In this document: positions 44,408 to 55,170 of the stretch, piece after piece
Layout of the letters: each line of letters starts with the position of its first letter
Numbering within the stretch: position 1 is the stretch's first letter
Assembly: GCA_965644495.1 (NCBI GenBank)
Contig: CBFFSA010000014.1
Span: 1-64,000, forward strand
Direction of reading: 5' to 3'
Origin: Perkinsela sp. CCAP 1560/9
Lineage: Eukaryota > Protista > Euglenozoa: Kinetoplastea
DNA length: 64,000 nt
Program-made: the position numbers and the translations under genes
Notes under the pieces: model-generated
What the model saw: only the letters and a program-made list of their open reading frames with translations
Told to the model about the DNA's origin: nothing
The model's database searches: none

Positions 44408-45223
44408 TTAAGGACCTTTGCAAGTAAAATCATTGCCCGTGTAGTCCAACACCGTGAAACTGTGCGCTATCCCATATTTTCCACAGACATCGTAGAATTT
44501 GTTGTTGCTTAAGTCCACATAAGTCAGTGTCTCGGGGAGCAGCGATAAATCGATACGCCCACAGAGGCGATTCGCTCGAAGATCGACCGTGTCCAACCCG
44601 TTGGGTAAGTCACCTAATTCCACCTCGCCATCAAAAGCATTCTCATACGCTTGAAAAATATGAAGAGATCGGGGTAACTCCGAGAGCTCGCACCGGCCAA
44701 TAAACCTATTTCGTGACAGCGCGAGGGTGACCAACTCACGAGGAAGTTCCTCCCATGAGATGGGACCACTGAAAAAGTTGTTATACAAAACAAGAGAGTG
44801 TAACTGCCGTGGGAGAAACCCAGCGTTGAGTTCTCCCCCTAACTTTGTGTTGGCAAATTCGATGGTACGAAGTGAGGAGGGAAAGTTTTCCCACTCCGGG
44901 GTCCCGATGAGCTGGGTTTGACGCAGCGACAGCGTGTGGAGCGTCTCTGGAAGGTAACGCCAGGCTGGGCGCCCGGTAAGATACGAACTTTCGAGCGCAA
45001 TTTTACCCACAGCCTCGAGATCGGGTTCGTACCCGCAGTGGATGCCGTACCAGTGAGCGACGGGGTTATCTTCCCGCCACGAGCTGTGCTGTGGGGTCAT
45101 GTTACGCACAAAGAGGCTGAGCTGAAGCTCCGTAGACAAGGCAGCGTGGGTAGGCTTCCCACGACGAGATACCGGAATGTCCGCAGTGGAGAGGAATGGT
45201 GGGAAGGAAGAAGTGTTGTCCAT
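44408..45223 (-). CDS. Short LRR family protein
   Basis: LSTELQLSLF...WREDNPVAHWYGIHC cap plus LRRs; start placed at MDNTSS by family length (open frame extends to 45403). Confidence 0.85.
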   Translation of the reverse strand: MDNTSSFPPFLSTADIPVSRRGKPTHAALSTELQLSLFVRNMTPQHSSWREDNPVAHWYGIHCGYEPDLEAVGKIALESSYLTGRPAWRYLPETLHTLSLRQTQLIGTPEWENFPSSLRTIEFANTKLGGELNAGFLPRQLHSLVLYNNFFSGPISWEELPRELVTLALSRNRFIGRCELSELPRSLHIFQAYENAFDGEVELGDLPNGLDTVDLRANRLCGRIDLSLLPETLTYVDLSNNKFYDVCGKYGIAHSFTVLDYTGNDFTCKGP

Positions 45224-45669
45224 GAGATGTGGCAAAAATAAGAAGATTTTTTGAATTTGAAAATATAGAAGCAAATGGGGATTGATTTGCGTAGAAAATA
45301 TTGTGGTCGCACATCGCTGGATGTTATGCCCTGTTTGATATTTTTCTGTAAAGGGTTTGTTTACACGTTTAGCAGCATTATACACATCACATGCATTCGA
45401 CATTGAAGCTATTGCCTTATTATTTTACTATTTTCACTGGATTGAAAACTTGTAAACTATCCTACGTAACTGAGTTAACAACGTTTTACAGAGTGCGTAA
45501 TTCTTTTTCCGACTGTTAACTCGCACTATGCGGCTGTTTAAATACCGATAAAGCTTGCAGCCAAAGCCGCAGTTGTGCTACGAACAAGTTAATAAAAATC
45601 CTAAAGATTATTAGTCATACTCTCCACTACACATTACACTACAAAGAAAAAGAAAGGGCATGACGTACC

Positions 45670-48600
45670 TTATATAGGAAGGGGCGGAACGTAGATAGGC
45701 AGAATACCGACGTGAAAAAGTCCTGCACAGGTAACTAGTGTCATACCCAAAACTAATACGAGAGTGCGTAAGAGTGTCCATACCCAACCAGGAAGCTGAG
45801 AGAGACGCTGACGAATTCCTTCAGCATTACTCCTTTTTTCCTCCTCCGGGTCGTCATCTTCGCGCCCTCGAAAGTAATCGTCTACGTCATCGCTTCCTTT
45901 TTTCGAAAAGAACCGATCGGCCTCATCCCGGAGGTCAAAGTACAACAGCGTAGGAGGAAGCTGAACATGTTCCATATCCCCGACCACCTTTTGGTTTTCC
46001 CCCAGACGTAAATCCTCAATGCCAGGGGGGAAGTGAAATGCCTCAAGGTCACCCTGCAGGTCGTTCTCCGCTAAGTCACACTTTAACGTGTCCTCTGGGA
46101 GCCACACGTCATCCAGCGTCCCTTGTAGACGATTTGCACGAAGACTGACATCCGTCAGAGAAGGGGGAAGGGCCACAGAGGCCAAATTCCCTTCCAGTTT
46201 GTTCCGTGCTAAATCCAGACACTGTAACTCGGAGAAAAATCCAAGCAACAGTCCCTGCGCCATCTCCTCCGGAGCGGCTTTCTTGTTCCCCCCACTTTCT
46301 TCCTCTTGCACCCCTTCCCGAGGAAACCTACCCCCCTCGTGTGGTTCCACACCCTCGGGGCTCCCCGGGGACGGTCCAGAACCCTTCCCCTCCCGAACCC
46401 GACCCCAGACCGCCCCCAAGTCCCCCGAGAGCCCACAATGCCGCAACCCCAGCGAGCGTAACCCCGAGGGCAACTTTGGCTGTCGTACCCGCCCCCCTTT
46501 TTCTTCCTTTTCCCCCAGGGCTTCCTCCCCCGCAGCCCTCTCCCCCCCGAGCACCTCCCCCAGGTCCGAGCCCTCCAACGGGTTCTCGCTGAGGTCCAGC
46601 ACCCTCAACGAGGCCGGGAGCAGCCCGGGGTCCATCCGGTGCAGCGCCCCGGTGAGCTGGTTGTTCGTTAACTCCAGCCGAATCAACCCCGGGGGGAACC
46701 ACCCGGGGCTTAGCCTTTCTATCCTCCCCGTGATCTCGTTGTGGGCGAGATCGAGCCGGGTGAGGGCCCGGGGGAGCGGGGGGGCGGCCTCCAGGCTACC
46801 GTAGAGATTGGTGTGGCGTAGCCCCAGGACGTCCAGCCCGGGGGGGAGGGCGAGCTGCTCCATGGCCCCGTTGAGCCCGAGGTTGCCACTGAGGTCGAGA
46901 TAGGAGAGGGCGGGGGGGAGGGGGAGGGCGTGGGTCTCCCCGGTGAGGCGGTTGGCCCGGAGGCTGAGGTAGTGAAGCCCGGGGGGGAGACGCAGGGCGT
47001 CGAGGTTACCCACGAGGTCGTTGCCGTTGAGGTCGAGTCGTTTTAACGGGGGGGGGAGGGAGAGACGGGGGAGTTCCCCGATGAGGTTGGTGTTGGCCAA
47101 GTAGAGAAACTCCAGGAGGGGGGGGAGGGTGAGACGAGCGACGTCCCCGTGGCAAGGGTTGTCGTGGAGGTCGAGGGTGGTGAGAGCGGGGAGGGGGGTG
47201 AGGTGTTGGATCGCCCCGGTGAGGTGGTTGTTACCCAACGCGAGGTGTTTGAGGGGGGGAGGGAGAACAAGGGAGGGGAGGTCCCCCACCAGTTCGTTCC
47301 CGTTTAAATCGAGATGGGTGAGTTTTGCAGGGAACGAGACGGTGGTAAGGTTGCCGGTGAGGTGGTTGTGGGCGAGGGAGAGGTATTCCAGCGGTGGGGG
47401 CAGTTCTTCGTCTTCTAAATTTCCGAGCAACCCGCACCCTTTGAGCCCAAGATGGGTCAGACCCGAGGGAAGGTACCCAGCGTGGAATTCACCGGAGATG
47501 TCACGGTTCTCGCTCAGGTCAAGGTGGGTAAGGGTCTCGGGTAGGTAGAGCTCATGGAAGTTCCCCTCCAGACGGTTGTGCCCTAGGCGTAGCAACGTCA
47601 GGCCCGGGGGAAGGGGTTGCAGTGCGCTGATCTCTCCCTCAAGCAGGTTCTCGCTCAAATCCAGATGGTCGACATCCGGAGGGATGAAATCCAGGGTGAG
47701 CTCTCCCTGGAGCCGGTTGAAACTTAAATCAATGAAAGTCAACGTCAGGGGCAGCTCCAGATGTTGCACGTCACCGTAGAAGTCGTTGTTCGCCAGGCTA
47801 AGGTAGGTAAGAGTCTGAGGAAGGTTCAGTAGGGCGACATCCGCCGTCAGCTGGTTGTTCGAGAGGTCGAGGTAGCGCAGCTCCGACGGGAGGTCCAGCT
47901 CGCTCAACTCACCGGTAAGAAAGTTCCCATTGAGCTCCAGACGGCTTACCCCAGTGGGAAGCACCAGGTCGTTGATATTCCCCCGCAGTCCCATGTCCAT
48001 TAACCCGACATGTGTGATGCTTTCCGGCAGTCGCAGCTCTCGGGCCTCGCATCCGATTCGTAGCGCGCTGAAGTCCACCCGCTGCAACCCCTCTGGCAGA
48101 CGCAGCCGCGTGAGATCCCCTGTGACCTCACAGTGGGACATGCCAAACCGAGTCAGACTCTTGGGCAACCGCAAAGTCTCAATTCGCCCGTGTAGGCGGT
48201 TGTGGCTGAGGTCCAAGAAACTCAGCCCCTGGGGAAGCACAAGCTCAGATACATCCCCTGTCAATGCGTTCTCGCACAGTATCAAGCTCCGCAGTGTAGC
48301 AGGCAGCTGTACACGCGTGAGATCCCCCGTGAGCTGGTTGTGCCGTAACCCGAGCTCACGCAACGTAGGGGGCAGCGGAAGGTCCTCCAAGGACCCGCTA
48401 AGCTGGTTAAAACTCAGCCCCAGCAACGTAAGTCCAGGAGGAAGATTTGTGAGATCCGATATGGATTCAAACTCATTATGACTTAAGTCCAACACCTGCA
48501 ATGTCGGGGGAAGCCCTTTATGAGAAATATCCAAGCGCCCACGTAACCCGCGGGTACTCCACTTAATCCCCACCACATAGGGTTCTGGAGTATCGGATGA

Positions 48601-49665
48601 GGATGACGAGGGCCCACTCTTTCCGGGCCCTCCCGCACACGTCACCCCATCCCACCCACACGCGGGGGTGTGTTCCTCCCATGACGCGTGTCGGTTCTCC
48701 ATCCCCGCCACGAACTGTACCAGCTGCTCCAGGTCACTTCTCGGGGGGTAGTACCCCCCAGCAACCATCCGGGGCAGCGAGACACTGTGCGCGAGAGCGG
48801 GAGGGGGGGCGGGACCCCGTCCTAAATTTTGTGTGCTCCTCCCTCCCCGGCTCATCTCCACACGTACGGGACCGTACGGGGCAGGTGAGGCCGAAGAAGA
48901 AGAAGGGGACGCCGAAAAAGCCGGTGAGTCTTTTACCCTCTTCGGCGGGATAAACTTCCCCCCGGGGGTGAGGGCGTGGGGCCCGGCCTTCACGGGGGTC
49001 GGGAGCGTGATGGCCGCAGAGGAGGCGGAGGAGGAACGAGGGGGGGTTTTGGTTTGCCGCAGCGGCACTCTCCCCGCTCCATCTCGCCCCACGGAGCTAC
49101 TCGTGGAGGAAGAAGAGGCGGAGTAGGGAGAGAGTTTGGGGTGGAGACCGGACGTGGGGGTTCGTGTGGGGTCGTTGGCGGGGACGGCGGGACCGGAGGG
49201 GAGGGTGAAGGCGGGGGTGTCGGAGAGGGGGCGAGTGGAGGAGAAGGAGGAGGGGGAGCGCGGAGGGGAGCGTCCGGTGTAGACCGCGGACCCGTGGGAG
49301 CGTCGTGAGGAGGTGTGGGAGGGGCTACGGGTCGTGGGGGAGGAGGAGGAGGGGGAGATGGGTGACCGTGTCGTGGAAAGGGGTGGGGTGGAGGGAGGCT
49401 CTTGAGGAGGATCGTCTTGGGGAGAGGAGGACGGGGGAACCGAGGGTGGAGGGGAGTTGGGCGGGGTGTGAAGGGGGCTCGAGGCTTCGCCAGGAGAAGG
49501 TGGATACGCGTGACGAGTAATCAAGCGGCTTGTTTCTGAAGAATCTTCGGATGGCACAGAGGGAGTGACCAAAGTGAGATCATCCGATGCGTAGAGCCGT
49601 GGAGTAGAACAGGGAGAGAGCGTTACCCCAAAAGTGTAAGAGACAAGCAGAAAAAAGAGTGTCAT
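45670..49665 (-). CDS. Large LRR protein with Pro/Ser-rich N-region, about 30 LRRs and a C-terminal transmembrane helix
   Basis: WEEHTPACGWDGVTC cap, many 23-aa LRRs, hydrophobic LVLVLGMTLVTCAGLFHVGIL near the C-terminus; first ATG MTLFFLLVSYTFG. Confidence 0.88.
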   Translation of the reverse strand: MTLFFLLVSYTFGVTLSPCSTPRLYASDDLTLVTPSVPSEDSSETSRLITRHAYPPSPGEASSPLHTPPNSPPPSVPPSSSPQDDPPQEPPSTPPLSTTRSPISPSSSSPTTRSPSHTSSRRSHGSAVYTGRSPPRSPSSFSSTRPLSDTPAFTLPSGPAVPANDPTRTPTSGLHPKLSPYSASSSSTSSSVGRDGAGRVPLRQTKTPPRSSSASSAAITLPTPVKAGPHALTPGGKFIPPKRVKDSPAFSASPSSSSASPAPYGPVRVEMSRGGRSTQNLGRGPAPPPALAHSVSLPRMVAGGYYPPRSDLEQLVQFVAGMENRHASWEEHTPACGWDGVTCAGGPGKSGPSSSSSDTPEPYVVGIKWSTRGLRGRLDISHKGLPPTLQVLDLSHNEFESISDLTNLPPGLTLLGLSFNQLSGSLEDLPLPPTLRELGLRHNQLTGDLTRVQLPATLRSLILCENALTGDVSELVLPQGLSFLDLSHNRLHGRIETLRLPKSLTRFGMSHCEVTGDLTRLRLPEGLQRVDFSALRIGCEARELRLPESITHVGLMDMGLRGNINDLVLPTGVSRLELNGNFLTGELSELDLPSELRYLDLSNNQLTADVALLNLPQTLTYLSLANNDFYGDVQHLELPLTLTFIDLSFNRLQGELTLDFIPPDVDHLDLSENLLEGEISALQPLPPGLTLLRLGHNRLEGNFHELYLPETLTHLDLSENRDISGEFHAGYLPSGLTHLGLKGCGLLGNLEDEELPPPLEYLSLAHNHLTGNLTTVSFPAKLTHLDLNGNELVGDLPSLVLPPPLKHLALGNNHLTGAIQHLTPLPALTTLDLHDNPCHGDVARLTLPPLLEFLYLANTNLIGELPRLSLPPPLKRLDLNGNDLVGNLDALRLPPGLHYLSLRANRLTGETHALPLPPALSYLDLSGNLGLNGAMEQLALPPGLDVLGLRHTNLYGSLEAAPPLPRALTRLDLAHNEITGRIERLSPGWFPPGLIRLELTNNQLTGALHRMDPGLLPASLRVLDLSENPLEGSDLGEVLGGERAAGEEALGEKEEKGGRVRQPKLPSGLRSLGLRHCGLSGDLGAVWGRVREGKGSGPSPGSPEGVEPHEGGRFPREGVQEEESGGNKKAAPEEMAQGLLLGFFSELQCLDLARNKLEGNLASVALPPSLTDVSLRANRLQGTLDDVWLPEDTLKCDLAENDLQGDLEAFHFPPGIEDLRLGENQKVVGDMEHVQLPPTLLYFDLRDEADRFFSKKGSDDVDDYFRGREDDDPEEEKRSNAEGIRQRLSQLPGWVWTLLRTLVLVLGMTLVTCAGLFHVGILPIYVPPLPI

Positions 49666-50145
49666 GGGCGGCACTTTGAGAACGTCCAAAGAAGTAACAA
49701 TGATCTCCAGTTGTTGGTAATAGAGATGTGAAAAAGACTATTTCGAAACAAAAAATCAAGATTCTTAGAGTGGTGAACCGGGCTACCCCCACACGCGCTC
49801 ACACACGGGTGTGAGCGGGTGCGGTCGGGTGCGCACTAGAACTTCGTGATGCGAAAAAATTTATCCCTTGGATTTTTAGTTTAGTGTAGGAGCTGAATGC
49901 GTATAAACACTACATTATTATTCATAATTGAGATCTACACGTTTTGGGTAAGATTCATTCGAATAAAAAAAAATAAAAAAAATAAGGCAAATACAGCGAC
50001 AAACGCCTTCCTGCGCAAGCCATTATGGAGCGCATAGAAGAGAGCATCATGGAAATCCCGAAAAGTATCAATGCGTAAACTCCTTCTTGAGATAAACTGC
50101 AAACCTGTTGTAACAATTTGTTACAAAAAAGCAAAAAAAATAAAG

Positions 50146-50721
50146 TTAATAATGTGAAGTGAGTGGCTTGTGCCGCTCAATGACGCGGGTAATATTTCCC
50201 AACTCAGGAAATCGCCTCCACTGAGGTTTTGGAATTAAATGGCCTTGAGAGGGGTGTTGCCAGAAATTCGGCCAATGATTTCCCGCAAATTTTGTGGGAT
50301 CAAAATACGCCTCCGCATCGGGAGTACGCAGACGCTCAATTGGAGTGGGCCCCGGGCCCCGGGACTTTGCTGTATTCTTTGTCTGCTCTTCACGGAGAAC
50401 TCGGTCGTTAATCTCCTCTTGTTGAGCAATTCTCCGTCGCGTAATCTCCCTACGTCGGAGACTCGCCATGACACGGTTGTAGTGCCACTGCATACGAGCC
50501 CCGGGGACGAGGCGAAAGTGGCCGTTAACCATCGCGGCATCCGGCATCTTGTTGTCAAACATCGCGTCGCGCACCAGAAAGTTGTACCGGGCTTGGGACT
50601 CGTACCTCATTAAGGCAAGGCGCTCCGTGGCGGCGGGGTAGAACTGGGGGGCGACGGGGAGGGTGTGGGTGCCGGCCAGCACACTCTGGTAAGAGCCACG
50701 ACCCAGGGCACCTCGGCTCAT
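50146..50721 (-). CDS. Probable kinetoplastid-specific mitoribosomal protein
   Basis: MSRGALGRGS...NFLVRDAMFDNK...RTPDAEAYF...WPNFWQHP...WRRFPELGNITRV resembles from memory a conserved trypanosomatid mitoribosome subunit; identity not verified. Confidence 0.55.
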   Translation of the reverse strand: MSRGALGRGSYQSVLAGTHTLPVAPQFYPAATERLALMRYESQARYNFLVRDAMFDNKMPDAAMVNGHFRLVPGARMQWHYNRVMASLRRREITRRRIAQQEEINDRVLREEQTKNTAKSRGPGPTPIERLRTPDAEAYFDPTKFAGNHWPNFWQHPSQGHLIPKPQWRRFPELGNITRVIERHKPLTSHY

Positions 50722-51559
50722 GCGAGAGGCAAGGGGGGAGGTAAAAAAAAGAAAAGATAAGAAAGAAGGAAAATGAAATGAAATGAAATGAAAGGTGCCG
50801 AATTGGTAGGGATATTTTGGAGGAGAAATGTTTACCGACCTTTTCAAAGGTAAGAACGAACTCTGTGACTTGTTACTTCCGACCATAGGCCTACAAGGAG
50901 TTTGAGTAAAAAAAATGGAAATAGACTGTACACTGATACAATCCAGTAGAAATTTACTTGACGTGTGTTGTGGATCAAGTATTTAGTACATTCGTCATCC
51001 TATTACGAAAATGTAGGAGTTCTTTCTTCGACTTTAGGAAACAGGTTTTCAGATTTGAATCTTCTTGCTTAATGCTTGTTTAAAGAAATTTTATATTAAC
51101 TTTAAAAACAGTTCAAAAATTTGTTTTTTGCAAATATTTCTTCCTCTTTCTATCAATGGATTGCGGTACAAACGAAAGTCGCAAATTAATATTACTGTGA
51201 CCCCCCCACTTATAGTGACGCGGTTTTCGACCAAACGGCACTATAAGTGGGGGGGGTAGTATGTTTCAGGTCGAGGATGAAAATTTTTCCACCCTGAAAA
51301 AAAACAGCGCGCCGCTTCGCGGCGCAATTCTTTCTATCATGTAGTTTTGAGTGCCTAAGCGCTGTAAAAGGAGTTACTATACTTCACTGCTGTGTATGGG
51401 GTACAGTGGCCGTAAACATTTGTGAAATAAAGATACCCTAAAAGAAAATTGTGAAATATTAATTCGTGAACAAATTTCGAAATGACGATCTGTATTCCGT
51501 ATGTTTCTATAACGAAAAAGACAAATACCTTCGTCACTGCATGCTTACCATTTATTTCT

Positions 51560-51760
51560 TGGAGCAATTTAAGGTGCACTTTCCTCAAAAATGCCTTTCG
51601 CTCTTTGTTTTCGCTTCTCGGGCGCTTTCTTCCTTCGAGACTGCGATTGATGCGTGATTGATAAAAAGAGGCACCGTTGCTTTTAATGCTTCGGACAGTT
51701 CCTAAACTGATCCGATACATTTCGCTTAGCTTTTTTGTTTCCAATTCGCTACGACAACTT
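51560..51760 (-). pseudogene. pogo/CENP-B-like HTH remnant
   Basis: KKLSEMYRISLGTVRSIK...GRKRPR resembles an HTH plus basic linker of transposases. Confidence 0.4.
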
Positions 51761-52682
51761 CGTTGAAACCTACGAAAGGCAAAAACTGGCAAAACCTGGA
51801 AAAACCCGCGAAGTCCACTCTGACGTAGTGAAGAAAAGTACTTAGTCAAAAATAGTGAAGAATAGTTGACCTCCGTCGTGCCCTTACTGAAATTATTCTG
51901 ATATTCTTTTTTCTCAGTAAAAATCACCCTATCTAATAATTAGCGGGCACCCACCTTCCTCCACTCTTTTACCGCTGAGGATAGTATCACGGATTCTGAT
52001 AACATTATAATAATGAATGAATAAATTATTCGTTCTGATTAAACATTTTCTTGTCCATCCGATTGGAATATTTGAACGTAATTTTTTTTAAATGTAAAGT
52101 TCTCGCTTTATACTGTCGCGGTAATCTTTTATTGCTTCTTTGTCTCTAGCATCACCCTTAAAAAATGTACCCAAACAATCTGGCCTAGATTTCCACTCGT
52201 TTACAAACTTCGACTCAGCATCTAACATAACCACCGTGTCGCGGTACAATTCTCGCTTGCAAAATAAAATGCACTAAAAACTTGAACATTAGTGCAATTA
52301 AGCCGAGACGCAAGTTGCGAAATAACTTCCGTGAAATATCCATTAAATCCATGTGCAACGTTAGACCAAGGAAGAAGGCAAATCTGTGACATCGTGAAGA
52401 TATAAAGCTAATAAATGCCATAAATTATAGGAAGAAATAGAAAAATAGAGTATACAAACATAGGATGATAGAAATATAGTAGGAAAGATAGAAATACATT
52501 GAGACAGAAGTATGAGCTTACATTACGTTCTTCATTTCCCGCTTTCTTTACTGTACTATGCGTTCAAATTTATTGCAATCCCGTAGGATCGTAAGACTTT
52601 CGCTTCTTCACCTTCATTCCTTCCCCATGAACTTCACCCATGCTTTCAGTCGTCTGCTTGATACTCAGAATTTCAAGATGGA

Positions 52683-53455
52683 TCACTTTTTTCCGTAGAG
52701 CAAGTACGGAATCTCATCCGTGCGGCTACAAGTTTCTTGCACCTTCTCCTTAAGATTTTTACTGCGATCGCGGTGCACTCTGCCGTATTCAATAGTCCCA
52801 CCTCGTAGAACACGCCACATCGTCTTGAACCATTGAATCACAACCTCCCGATCCCGCTTGCTATCTTCATATACCCCACCATAACACTTCTTCAAAAATT
52901 CCATCATATGATTTGTGATGGCATCAAAAGGAACCTCACTGACACCTAAGTTCCAGGTCTGTTTCGTCTGATTCCAGCGCCAGTGTCCGGGCATTTCCGC
53001 TTCCTTCACGCCATGTATTTCCGACTTTTCGGCGTCTTTAAAAAAAAGAAGTCTTGCTTCTTGCGCCTTCGTCAAAAGGAGGAGTCCCTGTAACGAAATT
53101 TCAATGTCGATTGGGACATTGCATAATGACTTGAGAACATGCTCTCCGGATCAGAGAATTGGCGAATGCGCGTAGTTATCCACTGTGCGCACATCTCAAT
53201 GATGTTATCCTCCATTCGCTGGGTAAGGTCAGGGGGAGGAAGACGGTCCGGGGCGCATTTGATGGCATTCTTCTCGACACTACTCATGCGTAGCCATTCG
53301 AGAGAAGTTTCTGACCTCTTCAAGGGTATTCGAAAGGTATGCCGTATCGCATACGACACCCATTTCCGCAGGGGTGCATACTTTTCAGAGTCAGGGGAGT
53401 CGATTCCTTCCTCAATGTACTCATCGTCCCCCGGAGGAAAGTCATACTCCAACAT
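52683..53455 (-). pseudogene. Frameshifted unknown gene (two abutting ORFs)
   Basis: ORFs 53072-53461 and 52683-53075 overlap by 4 nt and both have globular-protein-like composition. Confidence 0.5.
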
Positions 53456-53885
53456 GTTCACTTAGTTTGAAAGAAATGAATACGAACTATCAGTCATATA
53501 ACGCCATTTCATATATTCCGCTAAGTTCGGATACTTTCTGAAAAGAAAAACAAATCAACTTCGCAAAAACCATGACATAAAAAAGAGTTTTTCAAAATCG
53601 TTTCACATATTGTGTTTTGAGAGTTTGGGACCTTTACTAGCTTTCTACGCCGTTGTTTTCACAAAATACTCCTTCTTGAAGCCGTGGCACGCCTCCCAAA
53701 GTGACCCCCCCAAAATGGGTGTCCAGGCAAAACCTGGCAAAACCAGACAGGTTTCAACCTTCTAAGTGGGGGGGGGGGTACCCCGCGGCACTATATGTGG
53801 GGGGAGCACAGTATACACGAAAAACAAAAGAGATCGACAGTCAATCGCTATGCTTGTATAGCCACCGCTCTGTACATGAGTCACT

Positions 53886-54689
53886 TTATTCAGTAACGAC
53901 AATTTGGGTGTAATCAACATAAGTAAACATAGGAAGTTCTGATCTTTTCCCCATGCCGCGCAGTTCACTATTGCTTGTTAAACTGAGATCTTTCAATGAT
54001 GCTGGAAGGTGAGTCAAATTAACGACACCAGAAAACGTATTGAACTTTAGACGCAATGTTTTCAAAGAATTTGGCAGCGAAGTCAAGTCAAGTGTTCCAG
54101 TAAATAAATTACTGTCAAGATAAAGATCTACTAGTCCTGCGGGAAGTGTACTGAGAGATACGTCACCATTAAACTTGTTGCGGGATATACCCAATCTTCG
54201 CATTTTTGGAGGGAGTGAAGTCAAGTCCACGGACCCAGAAAATTTATTACTATTCAAAGAGAATATTTCCAGATTTGATGGTAAATAGTTCCATGGAACT
54301 TCACCTGTTAGGCCTTTTACTTGGTAAGATACATCTAGAAGTTGAAGAGTACGAGGCAAATAAGCGAGATGTAGCGCACCTTCGATCTTTCCAAGGCCCA
54401 AGAAAGCGTTTTCAGCTTTGGGTTCCATCCCATCAATAAATATTCTCTTATACGTGTAAATGGAGGGATTCGAATCCAATTTGAATGATTTCTTCCAGAT
54501 TAGTTCCGATACTTCGCCTCTTTCATTGCACTTTAAGTAAGCCCACTCACAGGCTGGGGTACTACTCTTCCATGACGGATGCGGATTCGTTATATCTTGC
54601 ACAAGATGTGCAAGTTCTAATTCTTGTGGGAGATTGCAGGAACTTACCTTAGCGACACGAGACTTTCGTGTGACTTCAGGAACATCCAT
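53886..54689 (-). CDS. Short LRR family protein (close paralogue of 57927)
   Basis: MDVPEVTRKSRVAKVSSCNLPQELELA...; LRRs. Confidence 0.9.
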   Translation of the reverse strand: MDVPEVTRKSRVAKVSSCNLPQELELAHLVQDITNPHPSWKSSTPACEWAYLKCNERGEVSELIWKKSFKLDSNPSIYTYKRIFIDGMEPKAENAFLGLGKIEGALHLAYLPRTLQLLDVSYQVKGLTGEVPWNYLPSNLEIFSLNSNKFSGSVDLTSLPPKMRRLGISRNKFNGDVSLSTLPAGLVDLYLDSNLFTGTLDLTSLPNSLKTLRLKFNTFSGVVNLTHLPASLKDLSLTSNSELRGMGKRSELPMFTYVDYTQIVVTE

Positions 54690-55170
54690 GAGATAGAATA
54701 AATACAAAAGGCACTATGTAGAAAAATATTTTACGTAAGCGAACCATTTATCATTATAAACCGGGGTGTATATTACCCTATCACTATGATACTATCGCAC
54801 CGCTAAAAACTACAGTGGTTTCAGCATGTAATAGCCCTCAAAAAGATGCTGATTATCAAAGAAGATATAGTATCTTCTCCCCATCTTGGAAATTAAACTT
54901 TTTTCGAGGATTCGGATTTTCCAAAAATCTTGTCTTAGCTGCTTTTCGAGGATCGAGATCTCTTGTTCGTAACAAGAATGAGCAAAATCAGATAAGAATC
55001 TTAAATTCGCCAGGGGACGATTTACTGGAACCACTCTATGTTCTTTTGATAACGATTCGAAAACTGATGTCCTGTCACAGGTTAATAAACGAACCTTACA
55101 TTTTTTTAAAAGCTCGCAACAACATAGATTTCCACACCCATCCGTTCCTTCACCTCACCTTTTCCCCTTT

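Larger units (their letters stand above)
51195..53811. mobile_element. 2.6-kb TA-flanked TIR element with cargo
   Basis: TIRs CTGTGACCCCCCCACTTATAGTGACGCGG / CCGCGGCACTATATGTGGGGGGAGCACAG flanked by TA. Confidence 0.75.
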
